DNA of 64,000 nt from Polyangia bacterium (GCA_050287845.1 JBNKCR010000098.1:96001-160000), one strand, 5' to 3'. Positions 30,194 through 40,470 are shown, counted from the first letter of the stretch. The notes: a model not told the origin generated them from the sequence alone. Numbers and translations: made by a program.

Positions 30194-31156
30194 ATGGTAA
30201 GCGAAGAGATATTGAAACAGGGACTCACAATGACACTGGACGATCCGTCACTGGAAGGCTATGGCGCTCCTCAGAAGGGCAAGGTCCGCAATTCCTACGT
30301 AAAGGACGGAAAACGCTATATCGTGACGAGCGACCGGATTTCGGCGTTTGACCGGGTACTCGGCACCATTCCATACAAGGGACAGGTGCTGAACCGCGTT
30401 GCCGCGTTCTGGTTTGAGAAAACAAAGAATCTGGCCGCCAATCATCTGGTGGACACACCGGATCCGGCGGTTATGACGGTGTTGGATTGTACTCCCATGC
30501 CGGTGGAGATGGTTGTTCGCGCTTATATCACTGGCTCGACGTCGACTTCTATCTGGACCCATTATCAGAACGGCGTTCGCAATTTTTGCGGCAATCCGCT
30601 GCCGGACGGATTAAAAATTCATCAGAAACTTGATGCCCCCATACTGACGCCATCCACCAAGGCGGAACAGGGTGACCATGACGTGTCCGTATCGAGGGAG
30701 GAAATCCTGGCAATGGGACGTATCTCTGCCGAAGACTTTGATGCCATGGCAAAGATGAGCATGGAACTGTTTGCCTTCGGTCAGGAACACTGTGCGAAAC
30801 AGGGACTGATTCTGGTTGATACCAAGTATGAATTCGGGAAAGCTGCAGATGGCCGGATTGTCGTAATTGACGAAATTCATACACCGGATTCCTCCCGTTT
30901 CTGGCAGGCAGACACATATCAGCGCCATTTCAAAGCAGGTGAAAATCCGCAGGGCCTCGATAAAGAATACGTTCGGGTCTGGCTGAAAAATGAAAAAAAC
31001 TTCATGGGAGATGGACCGTTGCCACATATTCCTGACGAGGTGAAAGTGGAGGCGGCCAGACGGTATATCGCTGCATGTGAGCAGATTACCGGGGAAGATT
31101 TTGTGCCCGACACCAATGAGCCCAACGCCCGGTTGGCGAGGAATATGGCCCTGTGA
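30194..31156 (+). CDS. purC: Phosphoribosylaminoimidazole-succinocarboxamide (SAICAR) synthase
   Basis: GKVR, SDRISAFD, TPSTKAE..HD, LILVDTKYEFG, DEIHTPDSSRFW, DKEYVR. Confidence 0.96.
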   Translation: MVSEEILKQGLTMTLDDPSLEGYGAPQKGKVRNSYVKDGKRYIVTSDRISAFDRVLGTIPYKGQVLNRVAAFWFEKTKNLAANHLVDTPDPAVMTVLDCTPMPVEMVVRAYITGSTSTSIWTHYQNGVRNFCGNPLPDGLKIHQKLDAPILTPSTKAEQGDHDVSVSREEILAMGRISAEDFDAMAKMSMELFAFGQEHCAKQGLILVDTKYEFGKAADGRIVVIDEIHTPDSSRFWQADTYQRHFKAGENPQGLDKEYVRVWLKNEKNFMGDGPLPHIPDEVKVEAARRYIAACEQITGEDFVPDTNEPNARLARNMAL

Positions 31157-31162
31157 ACTGAG

Positions 31163-31699
31163 ATGGATTGGTTTCCTTCAGAATACCACCGGCTCTTTTC
31201 CCCGCAGGAGATTCAACAACGGGTTCGTGCGCTTGGTGCCCGGATTACCACTGATTATCAGAACAGCAATCTGACGGTTCTGGTGGTGCTCAAGGGAAGC
31301 TTCATGTTTGCGTCGGATCTGGTGCGCGCGATTGAGCAACCGATGAACGTGGAGTTTATAGGGCTTCGTTCCTATGGGGATCGAACCAGCACGTCCGGGG
31401 TTGTTGAAATTACGCTTGATGTCAAGCACCCGTTGATGGGAGAAGACGTCCTCATCGTGGAAGACATTGTGGACACCGGATTGACACTGGATTACCTGAT
31501 GAAGAATCTGGCCACGCGAAATCCCAAATCCATTCAGCTGGCGGCAATGCTCAATAAGCCGGCCAGGCGATTGACCCCAGTTGACGTGAACTACACCGGA
31601 TTTGAGATTCCCGACAGGTTTGTGGTCGGCTATGGGCTTGATTATGCAGGAAAGTACCGAAATCTTCCCGAAATCGGCTATCTCGATCCCGTTCCGTGA
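31163..31699 (+). CDS. hpt: Hypoxanthine phosphoribosyltransferase
   Basis: VLKGSFMF..DL, PRPP-binding motif VLIVEDIVDTGLTL, FVVGYGLDY..YRNLP. Confidence 0.96.
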   Translation: MDWFPSEYHRLFSPQEIQQRVRALGARITTDYQNSNLTVLVVLKGSFMFASDLVRAIEQPMNVEFIGLRSYGDRTSTSGVVEITLDVKHPLMGEDVLIVEDIVDTGLTLDYLMKNLATRNPKSIQLAAMLNKPARRLTPVDVNYTGFEIPDRFVVGYGLDYAGKYRNLPEIGYLDPVP

Positions 31700-31732
31700 A
31701 AACCGCGGACCAAACCAGCATTCCATAAAAAT

Positions 31733-32113
31733 TTATTTGGAGGACCAGTTGCCATGGATGGTGCAATATTCTCTTGCAATGAGGTTTTCGCTGTAGGGAA
31801 CGAAAAACTCCGCTTCCGGTGGATCACCGGGTTTGAGGTACTTCCTTTGAATGTAGTCACCGTTGATGACTTCTATCCATTCGATGTAATGCTCTTCTGC
31901 CATCGGATGAGCCGTGGAACCCACAATTACTTTCACACCTTTTTCGGTTTTTTCGATGATGGGTACGTGTTTCTCAGTGCTCTGGTCGGCCGTTTTTTCT
32001 TCGAGCAGTGTCATGTCCTTGCCACAGCATACCAGTGTTCCACCCGATGCATGGGCGACCTCGATTACATTTCCACAAACTTCACATTTGTAAACCTGTT
32101 CTCTTTTTGTCAT
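31733..32113 (-). CDS. dfx: Desulfoferrodoxin (2Fe superoxide reductase)
   Basis: YKCEVCGN...VCCG centre I; EKHVP, HPM..EHYIEW and CTIHG centre II. Confidence 0.95.
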   Translation of the reverse strand: MTKREQVYKCEVCGNVIEVAHASGGTLVCCGKDMTLLEEKTADQSTEKHVPIIEKTEKGVKVIVGSTAHPMAEEHYIEWIEVINGDYIQRKYLKPGDPPEAEFFVPYSENLIAREYCTIHGNWSSK

Positions 32114-32196
32114 TGTATCCCCTCTTAATTGCTGAAATTTCTTTTGTATTATGAACTTACGGGGAAGGTAAGCATGGAAAAGACAAAAGCAATCGG

Positions 32197-32595
32197 TCAG
32201 GCGGAATAATTTTTCAGAATATTGAATCCCAAATCGATATGCATTTTCAGGTCATGAAGATTGACCGGTTTACACAGGTAATCATCCGCGCCTCCTTCCA
32301 GGGCGTCGATTGTATCCTCCACACCATCGTGACCGGTGAGCATAATGATGTGAAAATGCGAATGGTTTTCCTCGGCAAGCTGGCGAGCATGCTTACACCA
32401 TGCGATACCGTCCATGCCCGGCATTGACCAGTCCAGAACGATCACTGAGGTATCATCGGGATTCAGGGCCGCGAGGGCATCCGTCTGACTTACATAGAAA
32501 TCTGTATCCCATGCAGTTTCGAGTTTCGAAAAGTAACGTCGGAGCGAGTTCAGGAAAATTTCTTCATCATCCACAAATATTACTTTTTCAGTCAT
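32197..32595 (-). CDS. Stand-alone response regulator receiver protein
   Basis: [28 protein letters not shown]. Confidence 0.9.
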   Translation of the reverse strand: MTEKVIFVDDEEIFLNSLRRYFSKLETAWDTDFYVSQTDALAALNPDDTSVIVLDWSMPGMDGIAWCKHARQLAEENHSHFHIIMLTGHDGVEDTIDALEGGADDYLCKPVNLHDLKMHIDLGFNILKNYSA

Positions 32596-32868
32596 ATTGT
32601 ACTCCCAAATACGGGAAACACAAATGTTTCCATTAATGTATAGCGCCGAAAAAGAGGAGTTATTAAGGGAAAATCAGAAAAAAAAATCGTAATTATGTTT
32701 ACCGGGGAAAAAGAAAGGTTCACATATTATAGCGCATGGTTGCAAGATAGTTCGTTTTGAATATGGTATTTCGTGTCAGGGTGAGTTGTAATTCAATACA
32801 GGACTATGACGTTATACTGAAGAGAGTTGTTTTTTCATCTTGAACGCTTTGTGATAACAGGAACCGAT

Positions 32869-34584
32869 ATGAAAAAGAGCAGGTTTTTTAAAGAATCCAA
32901 ATTACGGAAATATAAGGATAAAGCGGCTGATTTAATCGAAAAGGGCAAGTATGAGAAGGCCTTGTCGATTTATCGCGATATTCTTGAAGCTTTCCCAGAC
33001 GATACAACGATGATGCTGAAATTGGGAGACCTGTGCCGACGTATGAAAATGTTCCCGGAAGCCGTGGCCGTGTACAGCGCCGCTGCCGAATATCATGCGC
33101 AGAGCGGACGATTGCTGCAGGCGATTGCCGTGTGTCGCGTAATCCTTGAGATTGACGCTTCCCACAGTGAGACACAGCGAAAGCTCGCGGCACTGTACGC
33201 ACAGAAATATGGGTCTGCCGAGCACTCCGGTGTACTGGATGTGCGCAAGGAAGTGGCAAAAGAGAAGGTGTTGCCTGCGGAGGAAGAAGTTCGGCTTACG
33301 GATGCGGATGTGGAAGTGGTTGTTCCGAAGCATCCTGAAAAATTACCCTCCGTTTCCCGGGCAGTTCCTTCCGCACCACCGATACCCGTGGAAGTGTATG
33401 ACGAAGAGCCGGAAGAAGATCTCAATGCAACCGCCAGGGTGAATACGCTAACCGAGAACGAAATTATTGAGGAAGAATCGTCTGACACATTTTCAGATCA
33501 GCCGCCTGAGGCGTTGTCGTTCGAAGACATCCGCGGAGACGACGGAGCGTTACGACTTGATTTTACGCCGCTGTTTGAGAACGACGAAGAGCCATCAGCT
33601 GTGTATGAACAGGTAGATTTGGATGAATATATCGCCGAACTGAAAGCGGAAGGCCTCACCGAAGAGCTGGAAGCGGAAGAGCGGGAACTGCATCATGAGC
33701 CCCGGACAGCCGCAGAACGCAATCTTGTGCTCAACATATCCCGACCGGCGCCACCGCTTCCTGTGTTGCCAACGATACCGTTGTTTTCAAGTTTGAGCGA
33801 AAGTGCGTTGTTCGACCTGATTAACGACCTGCCGCTCCGGCATTTTGATGCGCTGGAGACCGTGGTGAAGCAGGGGGAATACGGAAACTCGTTTTTTGTG
33901 ATTGTATCCGGATGCGTGGAGATTTTCAGGGATGGCGAGAGCCTGACAACTCTTGAGGAAGGTGCGTTTTTCGGTGAGATGGCCATGCTGTTTCCCGGTC
34001 CACGGCATGCTACTGTGGTTACGGCCGAACCGTGTGAACTTTTTGAAATTTCCAACGACGGGTTGGATAATCTGAAGAAGAAACATCCGCGCGTCGCCAG
34101 CGTGCTACTGGAGTTTGCGGAGGAACGGCTGCTGAACAATCTTTTAAACACGTCACCGCTGTTTGCGCCTTTCAGTGCGACAGATCGCCAGTCGTTGATG
34201 GATAAATTCGAGCCATACCTTGTAGAGTCCGGATCGGTCGTGATTCAGGAGGGGGAGTATGCAAACGGTCTGTACGTGGTTGTGATTGGTCAGATATCGG
34301 TCACTATGCAGGTGGCCAATGGCGAAGCGGTTGAAGTGGAAACCCTCAACGGAAACGATATTTTCGGTGAAGTGGGTCTGCTTTCACACCAACGATCGGT
34401 GGCCACTTTCACTGCGAGTACCCAGAGTCGCGTGCTGCTGCTTCCCCGTGAAAAGTTCCACGAACTGATTATGACCCATCCACAGGTTCTTGAACTCCTC
34501 TCGTCTCTGTCAGAGACGCGTCTGGCTGCCATGAATGACATGAAAGAACGCATGTATCACGCCCACCATGGGGCTACCCGGTAA
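32869..34584 (+). CDS. TPR + acidic linker + tandem cyclic-nucleotide-binding domain protein
   Basis: N-terminal TPR helices; cNMP cassettes FFGEMAMLFPGPRHATV and IFGEVGLL. Confidence 0.88.
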   Translation: MKKSRFFKESKLRKYKDKAADLIEKGKYEKALSIYRDILEAFPDDTTMMLKLGDLCRRMKMFPEAVAVYSAAAEYHAQSGRLLQAIAVCRVILEIDASHSETQRKLAALYAQKYGSAEHSGVLDVRKEVAKEKVLPAEEEVRLTDADVEVVVPKHPEKLPSVSRAVPSAPPIPVEVYDEEPEEDLNATARVNTLTENEIIEEESSDTFSDQPPEALSFEDIRGDDGALRLDFTPLFENDEEPSAVYEQVDLDEYIAELKAEGLTEELEAEERELHHEPRTAAERNLVLNISRPAPPLPVLPTIPLFSSLSESALFDLINDLPLRHFDALETVVKQGEYGNSFFVIVSGCVEIFRDGESLTTLEEGAFFGEMAMLFPGPRHATVVTAEPCELFEISNDGLDNLKKKHPRVASVLLEFAEERLLNNLLNTSPLFAPFSATDRQSLMDKFEPYLVESGSVVIQEGEYANGLYVVVIGQISVTMQVANGEAVEVETLNGNDIFGEVGLLSHQRSVATFTASTQSRVLLLPREKFHELIMTHPQVLELLSSLSETRLAAMNDMKERMYHAHHGATR

Positions 34585-34693
34585 CCGACAGAATCCGGTG
34601 TCTGTTGAGGTGGGTAACCTGAATTTGCTGGGATAACGCGCCGTTGCCAGATTTCGGACTTGTCACACAGTTGGATTTGATGAGGGGGAATTC

Positions 34694-34840
34694 TCAGGCA
34701 CCGAGGAGGCTGTGAATGGCGCCAATCAAGGCCAGTCCCACAAATACACCTATTCCATAAATGATCGGACCATTCTGTTCCCACCAGCTTCTGGCTGGCG
34801 CATTGTCTTTTATGTCATCAGTTGAATTGTTTTGAGTCAT
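34694..34840 (-). CDS. Unannotated 48-aa single-TM small protein MTQNNSTDDIKDNAPARSWWEQNGPIIYGIGVFVGLALIGAIHSLLGA
   Basis: Below the ORF-track size cut-off; AGGAGA RBS just upstream of the ATG; one clear hydrophobic helix. Confidence 0.65.
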   Translation of the reverse strand: MTQNNSTDDIKDNAPARSWWEQNGPIIYGIGVFVGLALIGAIHSLLGA

Positions 34841-34940
34841 TTGATTCTCCTATTCATTTTTGGTGCAGTCAGGCCTCCAGCGAGAGGCGACGCGCCGGAA
34901 ATTTCCGTCTTTTTCAGTTCATTTTGTTGAAATTTCGCGT

Positions 34941-35297
34941 TTACAGGAGAACCTGGGGAGGGCGGTCGAGTCTGGAATGCAGAGTTACACCATGGCTGGT
35001 CTCTCGACGCTGAGAGCTCTTCAACTGGATTTGACGACGCCAGGGCAGTTGCAGATGAGTTGCGACATCTGCTGAACTGAACTCTTCTTCCACTGAGGTT
35101 CTGGAGTGGTCCATGGGAAGTGATATCGGTGGCGCATCAGCTCCCTGGACAATGCTGTTGTCATTTGTGGTGTAGTGAGTGGTCCGAGGGGTTTCATTCA
35201 AAAAAAACAGCAGCATGAAGCCCGCGCATACAAACAGTATGTATTTGCAATATTCAGCTGACATCTTCACCGGGCCCCTTCTGTTTACTGAATCCAT
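34941..35297 (-). CDS. Hypothetical membrane-anchored protein ending in RLDRPPQVLL
   Basis: Hydrophobic segment YILFVCAGFMLLFFL and an RPP motif near the C-terminus; start uncertain. Confidence 0.5.
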   Translation of the reverse strand: MDSVNRRGPVKMSAEYCKYILFVCAGFMLLFFLNETPRTTHYTTNDNSIVQGADAPPISLPMDHSRTSVEEEFSSADVATHLQLPWRRQIQLKSSQRRETSHGVTLHSRLDRPPQVLL

Positions 35298-35592
35298 TTC
35301 GCGGGAGGTTCAGTTTTCTACAGTTTCTCTGTTATTGTAATACCTTATTCAACAAATATCAATTCTCCCGGCTGATTGATGTTTTGCCATTCGTCCGTAT
35401 TGTTACTGAACGATTAAGATTTATATGCCTGCGTTGTGTACGATTCTGCGAATGTCCAGGGAGGAAAATCGGTACATTATTGTTCAGCCCACTTTTTAAA
35501 AAATACAATTATGTGTCGAAAAAAAATGCCAGAGAATGGAAACCCACCCTGAATATCCCTGCCTGTGCGACCTTTATGTATTTTGTACATTC

Positions 35593-35607
35593 TGGTACAT
35601 TTATTGC
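35593..35607 (+). promoter_or_regulatory. Sigma54 (-24/-12) promoter of the amt-P-II operon
   Basis: TGGTAC-ATTTA-TTGC matches TGGCAC-N5-TTGC, 63 nt upstream of amt, a typical sigma54 target. Confidence 0.8.
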
Positions 35608-35670
35608 TTGGGCCTCGTGCGACTTCAAGATGATTTCGTTTTTATTTGAATCGGTTTCAAGGAGACAAAG

Positions 35671-36960
35671 ATGGCCCACGTACCAAAAAAATTACTCATT
35701 CAAATTACCATGGCAGTTATAATGCTTTCGAGCGGAGTGGCGATGGCTGATGGAGACGCTGGACTCACCGCGTTGACCAGTTCTTCAAATACATTGTTCA
35801 TTCTCATCGGCGCAGTTATGATCCTGGCGATGCACAGCGGATTTGCCTTTCTCGAAGTTGGGTCGGTCCGGAAAAAGAATCAGGTCAATGCGCTGAACAA
35901 AATTATTGCGGAGTGGGGATTTTCCACATTGATCTACTTTTTCATTGGTTATCCAATTGCGCGCGGGATCAATTTTCTGGTGCCCATCACTGAGATGTCG
36001 GCCAATAATGGACTCGACTACGTGCGCTTCTTTCTGTTTCTGGGGTTTGCCGCATGTATTCCCGCCATCATTTCCGGTGGGGTTGCCGAGCGGTCGAGAT
36101 TCTGGACCAATTCCATTGCCGGCGGCGTTTTTGTTGGGCTGGTGTATCCACTGATTGAAGGCGCCACATGGGGCAATTTTTCGACGGCACTGGGAAGTTC
36201 TGAAGGTTGGCTGGCTTCAACCTTTGGTGCACCATTTCACGATTTTGCCGGTTCAGTCGTTGTCCATGCCACAGGTGGCTGGCTGGCGTTGCCTGCCGTG
36301 ATTCTGTTGGGCGCGCGTATGCGCGTTGCTGAAACGGATACGATCGAAGTCAGCTCCATCCCGTTTCTCGCCCTTGGTTCATGGATTCTGATTGTGGGCT
36401 GGTTTGGATTTAACGTGATGAGCGCCGGCGCAATTAATAGTATTTCGGGACTGGTCGCCATCAACTCGTTGCTGGCCATGGTCGGCGGTACTATTGCGGC
36501 ACTTGTTCTTTCCAGGAATGATGCCGGTTTTGTGCACAACGGAGCGTTGGCCGGACTGGTTGCCGTATGCGCCGGTTCAGATTTGTATCATCCCGTTGGC
36601 GCATTGGTGGTGGGCGTGGTCGCGGGTGCGATTTTTGTCTTCATGTTCCAGATTGAAACCACCAAACTGAAAATTGATGATGTGCTGGGAGTTTGGCCGC
36701 TGCATGGATTGTGCGGTATCTGGGGGGGGCTCGCTGCTGGTATTTTTGGACTTGAAGCGTTGGGGGGAGCCGGTGGTGTTTCGTTCATGTCGCAATTAAT
36801 AGTGTCACTTGGGGTCATTGCAGTGTGTCTGGTTGCCAGTTTTTCTGTCTATGGCCTTCTCAAGAAGACTGTCGGCATTCGTCTGAATCCGCAGCAGGAG
36901 CGAATTGGATCTGATATTTCCATTCACGCGATTGCGTCGTCACCGGAAGATGCTTTTTAG
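35671..36960 (+). CDS. amt: Ammonium transporter
   Basis: GFAFLEVGSVRKKN, DFAGSVVVH, GWFGFN, NGALAGLVA, DDVLGVWPLHG; both pore His residues present. Confidence 0.96.
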   Translation: MAHVPKKLLIQITMAVIMLSSGVAMADGDAGLTALTSSSNTLFILIGAVMILAMHSGFAFLEVGSVRKKNQVNALNKIIAEWGFSTLIYFFIGYPIARGINFLVPITEMSANNGLDYVRFFLFLGFAACIPAIISGGVAERSRFWTNSIAGGVFVGLVYPLIEGATWGNFSTALGSSEGWLASTFGAPFHDFAGSVVVHATGGWLALPAVILLGARMRVAETDTIEVSSIPFLALGSWILIVGWFGFNVMSAGAINSISGLVAINSLLAMVGGTIAALVLSRNDAGFVHNGALAGLVAVCAGSDLYHPVGALVVGVVAGAIFVFMFQIETTKLKIDDVLGVWPLHGLCGIWGGLAAGIFGLEALGGAGGVSFMSQLIVSLGVIAVCLVASFSVYGLLKKTVGIRLNPQQERIGSDISIHAIASSPEDAF

Positions 36961-37011
36961 AAACTGAGCCAGCGTTATAAAGATATGTTTAAAGGAAATT
37001 GAGGGATTGAA

Positions 37012-37353
37012 ATGAAACTTGTGATTGCAATTATTCAGCCGGAACGGCTGCCAAATGTGAAAGAAGAATTGTTCAAGGCAGAAGTCAGAAAAATGACCGT
37101 CAGTCGAGTGAAGGGCTGTGGACAGCAGATGGGATATGAGTCTGCATACCGAGGAAAAATTCATTCGGTGAATCTGCTCGACAAAATAAGAATTGGTATT
37201 GTTGTGAATGAAGATTTTGTTGAGAAGACAATCGATGCCATTGTTAAAGGTGCTCGGACTGGAAATATTGGCGACGGTAAAATCTTTGTGCAGAGCCTCG
37301 ATCGTTGTATCCGAATCAGAACTGGCGAAGAGGGCAGCGCTGCGGTCGGTTGA
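37012..37353 (+). CDS. glnK: P-II nitrogen regulatory protein (GlnK-type by position)
   Basis: MKLVIAIIQP, ARTGNIGDGKIFV, IRIRTGEEG; directly after amt. Confidence 0.9.
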   Translation: MKLVIAIIQPERLPNVKEELFKAEVRKMTVSRVKGCGQQMGYESAYRGKIHSVNLLDKIRIGIVVNEDFVEKTIDAIVKGARTGNIGDGKIFVQSLDRCIRIRTGEEGSAAVG

Positions 37354-37663
37354 CCGGCCTATCCGGTGCTTCGGTTCTGTCGCCGGGGAACAATTCTGTA
37401 TCTCCGTAGTTACCCGATATTCTGCGACTCTGTCCGCATTATTAATGCGCAATGCGCGTTTCCACACCCATTCTCTGATAGAAAAACGATTAATTCGGTG
37501 TAAATTGAGTATTGTTGACCCAATTTAATATGTTTCAGGGGCCAACATGGGTTTGTTTTTTTTTAACGATAGTGTATTAATTCGAATATTTTGTTTCCGT
37601 AGCAGTGTTGATACCTGAATCGTTGAACCATGAAGTACTTGCACTATTGAGTTATCATTTGAG

Positions 37664-39166
37664 ATGGAGAAAAGGAACAAATTATCAGCCGGTTGGCAGT
37701 GGGTGACAGTAACAGCGCTGGCAGCGCTTCATCCCATACTGCTGTATTATTTGTATCCCATGTTTGGGGAAGTATCCAATATCATCGTTGTTGTTGCCCC
37801 GGTTGTCGCCACATTGTTTTTTGGATGGCGAATCGGATGGATGTTTATTCCCATCAATGTAGTCGCGACTGCAATCATATTCGGTCAGGTGTTTCAGTTT
37901 GGCAATGCTGAGGATGGACACAGAAAGGCTTTAATTTCAGCCGTTCTCATCGCAATTTTGTGTTTGGGTGCAGACAAATTGCGGAAGTACAAGTTGCAGC
38001 GAAAGATGATGCTGGAAGAGTTGAAACGCGCCAAAAAGATGGAAGCCCTGGGGCGACTGGCGGGTGGCGTCGCCCACGACATGAACAATACTCTGAATGC
38101 GATTATGGGGTCCGTGTTCGCACATCGTCAGGAACTGACCGCATATGGTAAATCTTTCAGGGATTTGGACAATATCGCTGCGGCCTGTGATCGCGGTGCC
38201 CAGTTGACCCAGAATCTGCTCGGGTTTGCCCGAAAAAGTACGACTGTAAATGAAGTGTTTTCCCTGAATCGAATCATTCTCTCCACTGAACTGCTGCTTC
38301 GCCGGACAGTGAACCGGAATATTCGAATTGTGACGATTCCCGCTGAGTCCGATCCATTTATGGAGGGAGATCGCGGGCAAATTGAGAATGCGGTAATGAA
38401 CCTGTGTCTGAATTCGCTGGACGCAATGGGCGACAGAGGAACCCTGACGCTATCCACTCATATATCCAAATCAATGGTTTCCCTTCAGGTGGCTGACACG
38501 GGTGGCGGGATGGACCTTTCGGTCCAGGAGCACGTGTTCGAACCTTTTTTTACAACCAAGGAAGAAGGTAAAGGCACCGGGCTCGGATTGGCGATTGTGT
38601 ATGGCGCAGTACACGCGATGAAAGGCAAAATCAGGCTGGAGAGTTCTCCGGGACTTGGGACTGACATTACTTTGTCATTTCCTGCGAAACAGGCGAAGGA
38701 TGCAACGTCGGATGCATCAGAAAGCGCAGCAACTCACTTGCTGGATGAGCTGGTATCTCTGGATGGGAACACTGTTCTGCTTATTGATGATGAGCCGCTG
38801 GTGGTTCGCGCTGGCAGCCGGATGATGAAAAGTCTCGGGTGTGATGTACTGACCGCCCAGTCCGGGGAGGAAGGTATCTCGCTGTTTAAACAGCATCTGG
38901 ATGAGATTACACTGGTGGTTCTCGATTTGATTATGCCGGACCTTGACGGGTTCAACACGTATGAACGGATACGGGAAATTTCGTCTGAGGTGCCGGTAAT
39001 TCTCGTGTCCGGCTATACAGAAGATTACGAACGGTTGCGTCAGTTCCACGATGAATCGTCGGTGACCTTTCTGGCCAAACCATATCGCGCCGGCAAATTC
39101 GGGAAGGTGGCGAAACGTCTGCTGGAGAAGAACAAACAGGACGAAAGTCGTATCAGTTCAGCCTGA
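37664..39166 (+). CDS. Membrane-bound hybrid sensor histidine kinase (HisKA-HATPase-REC)
   Basis: N-terminal TMs, LAGGVAHDMNN, NLCLNSLDAM, FEPFFTTK..GKGTGLGL, receiver LLIDDE...LDLIMP...KPY. Confidence 0.93.
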   Translation: MEKRNKLSAGWQWVTVTALAALHPILLYYLYPMFGEVSNIIVVVAPVVATLFFGWRIGWMFIPINVVATAIIFGQVFQFGNAEDGHRKALISAVLIAILCLGADKLRKYKLQRKMMLEELKRAKKMEALGRLAGGVAHDMNNTLNAIMGSVFAHRQELTAYGKSFRDLDNIAAACDRGAQLTQNLLGFARKSTTVNEVFSLNRIILSTELLLRRTVNRNIRIVTIPAESDPFMEGDRGQIENAVMNLCLNSLDAMGDRGTLTLSTHISKSMVSLQVADTGGGMDLSVQEHVFEPFFTTKEEGKGTGLGLAIVYGAVHAMKGKIRLESSPGLGTDITLSFPAKQAKDATSDASESAATHLLDELVSLDGNTVLLIDDEPLVVRAGSRMMKSLGCDVLTAQSGEEGISLFKQHLDEITLVVLDLIMPDLDGFNTYERIREISSEVPVILVSGYTEDYERLRQFHDESSVTFLAKPYRAGKFGKVAKRLLEKNKQDESRISSA

Positions 39167-40222
39167 AGTGCTGAAGCGGTACGAAGTGAACTGGCGATAC
39201 GGGCTTTCGGGGGTCACAACAGTGGAAGGAAAATCGGCATGATTGGGCGAATCCGGAAAATGTTGTGCTTCGAGGCATAATCCGCAGCGTCTGCCGTACA
39301 CAAACCCTTCTTTTCCGGTAATGGACCCATCCAGATTGTTTCCACTATAGAACTGTACGCCCGGTTGGTCGGAATGTACGGTCATTATCCGTCCGGAGAT
39401 GGCATCCGTCAGCACAGCGATTTCTCTGACCTTCCCCGGCTGGTAATCCACCAGAACAAAGTTGTGGTCGAATCCCCCGCCATAGATGAGCTGTTCATGG
39501 GGCTGCCCGATGTTGGCCTCGATGGGAACGGGTTGGCGAAAATCCATGGGCGAACCGGCAACACATTCAATCCGGCCAGATGGAATGAGAGTCGCGTTAA
39601 CGGGCGTGTACCCATCGGCATGAATCTGCAACGTGTGGGATTCGATGGACGTATCCGGAAAACCGGAAAGGTTGAAATAGGAATGGTGGGTCGGGTTCAG
39701 TATAGTGGGCTGGTCGGTGGTTCCCGAATACTCAAAACGCAATTCATTGTCGTTGCTCAGGCTGATGCGAATGTCGAGTCTGACATGGCCCGGATAGCTT
39801 TCTTCGCCATCATGGCTGTCCAGCGTGGCCCGCACGCCCACACCGTCTGCTACAGCAATTTCGTCCAGCTGCCAGAGCCTTCTGTTAAACCCCATGGGGC
39901 CGCCATGCAGATGCTGTTCTCCATCGTTTTGCGCCAGCTGATATGTTTTGCCATTGAGAGTGAACTGTCCGTTGTGAATCCGATTTCCATAGCGGCCAAC
40001 GATTGCACCCAGATATGGGTTGTTCTCCAGATACCCGTCCAGATGGTCATATCCAAGGACCACATCCGCGAGTTTTCCGGTGCGGTCCGGCACGTAAAGA
40101 GATTGAACAGTTGCGCCCAGATTGATGATGCTGAAACTGGCCCCGTCGGCATTGGTCAGGGTGAATCGGTGCACCGGTTGGCCGTCTGGCATTGTCCCCA
40201 AAAGGGTTTGTGTTGCAGTCAT
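39158..40222 (-). CDS. galM: Aldose 1-epimerase (galactose mutarotase)
   Basis: GRYGNRI, HLHGG, THHSYFNL, FDHNF, QFYSGN, LEAQHFPDSPN; start set at 40222. Confidence 0.93.
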   Translation of the reverse strand: MTATQTLLGTMPDGQPVHRFTLTNADGASFSIINLGATVQSLYVPDRTGKLADVVLGYDHLDGYLENNPYLGAIVGRYGNRIHNGQFTLNGKTYQLAQNDGEQHLHGGPMGFNRRLWQLDEIAVADGVGVRATLDSHDGEESYPGHVRLDIRISLSNDNELRFEYSGTTDQPTILNPTHHSYFNLSGFPDTSIESHTLQIHADGYTPVNATLIPSGRIECVAGSPMDFRQPVPIEANIGQPHEQLIYGGGFDHNFVLVDYQPGKVREIAVLTDAISGRIMTVHSDQPGVQFYSGNNLDGSITGKEGFVYGRRCGLCLEAQHFPDSPNHADFPSTVVTPESPYRQFTSYRFSTSG

Positions 40223-40374
40223 AATGGATTCCTTCCAGATTGGAGGTTGAGGATTCAAAAATCCATGAATTTTCTGCTTTTTAATACTGAATCGTTTTTG
40301 TATCAAATTTTGTATGCCATTTGGTGTAATCGCCATTTTCGAATGCACTCATAATGTGAATAAACAGGCATAAT

Positions 40375-40393
40375 TTGTAAACAAACTTTACAA
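40375..40393. promoter_or_regulatory. Palindromic operator candidate between divergent galM and tkt
   Basis: TTGTAAA-CAAAC-TTTACAA perfect 7-bp inverted repeat. Confidence 0.5.
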
Positions 40394-40470
40394 TTAACTG
40401 ATGACGATTGCCTGGATTCTGTATATGGTAGTTCTGCCAATTTAACCCAAACGACGTGAGGTACTTTGAA

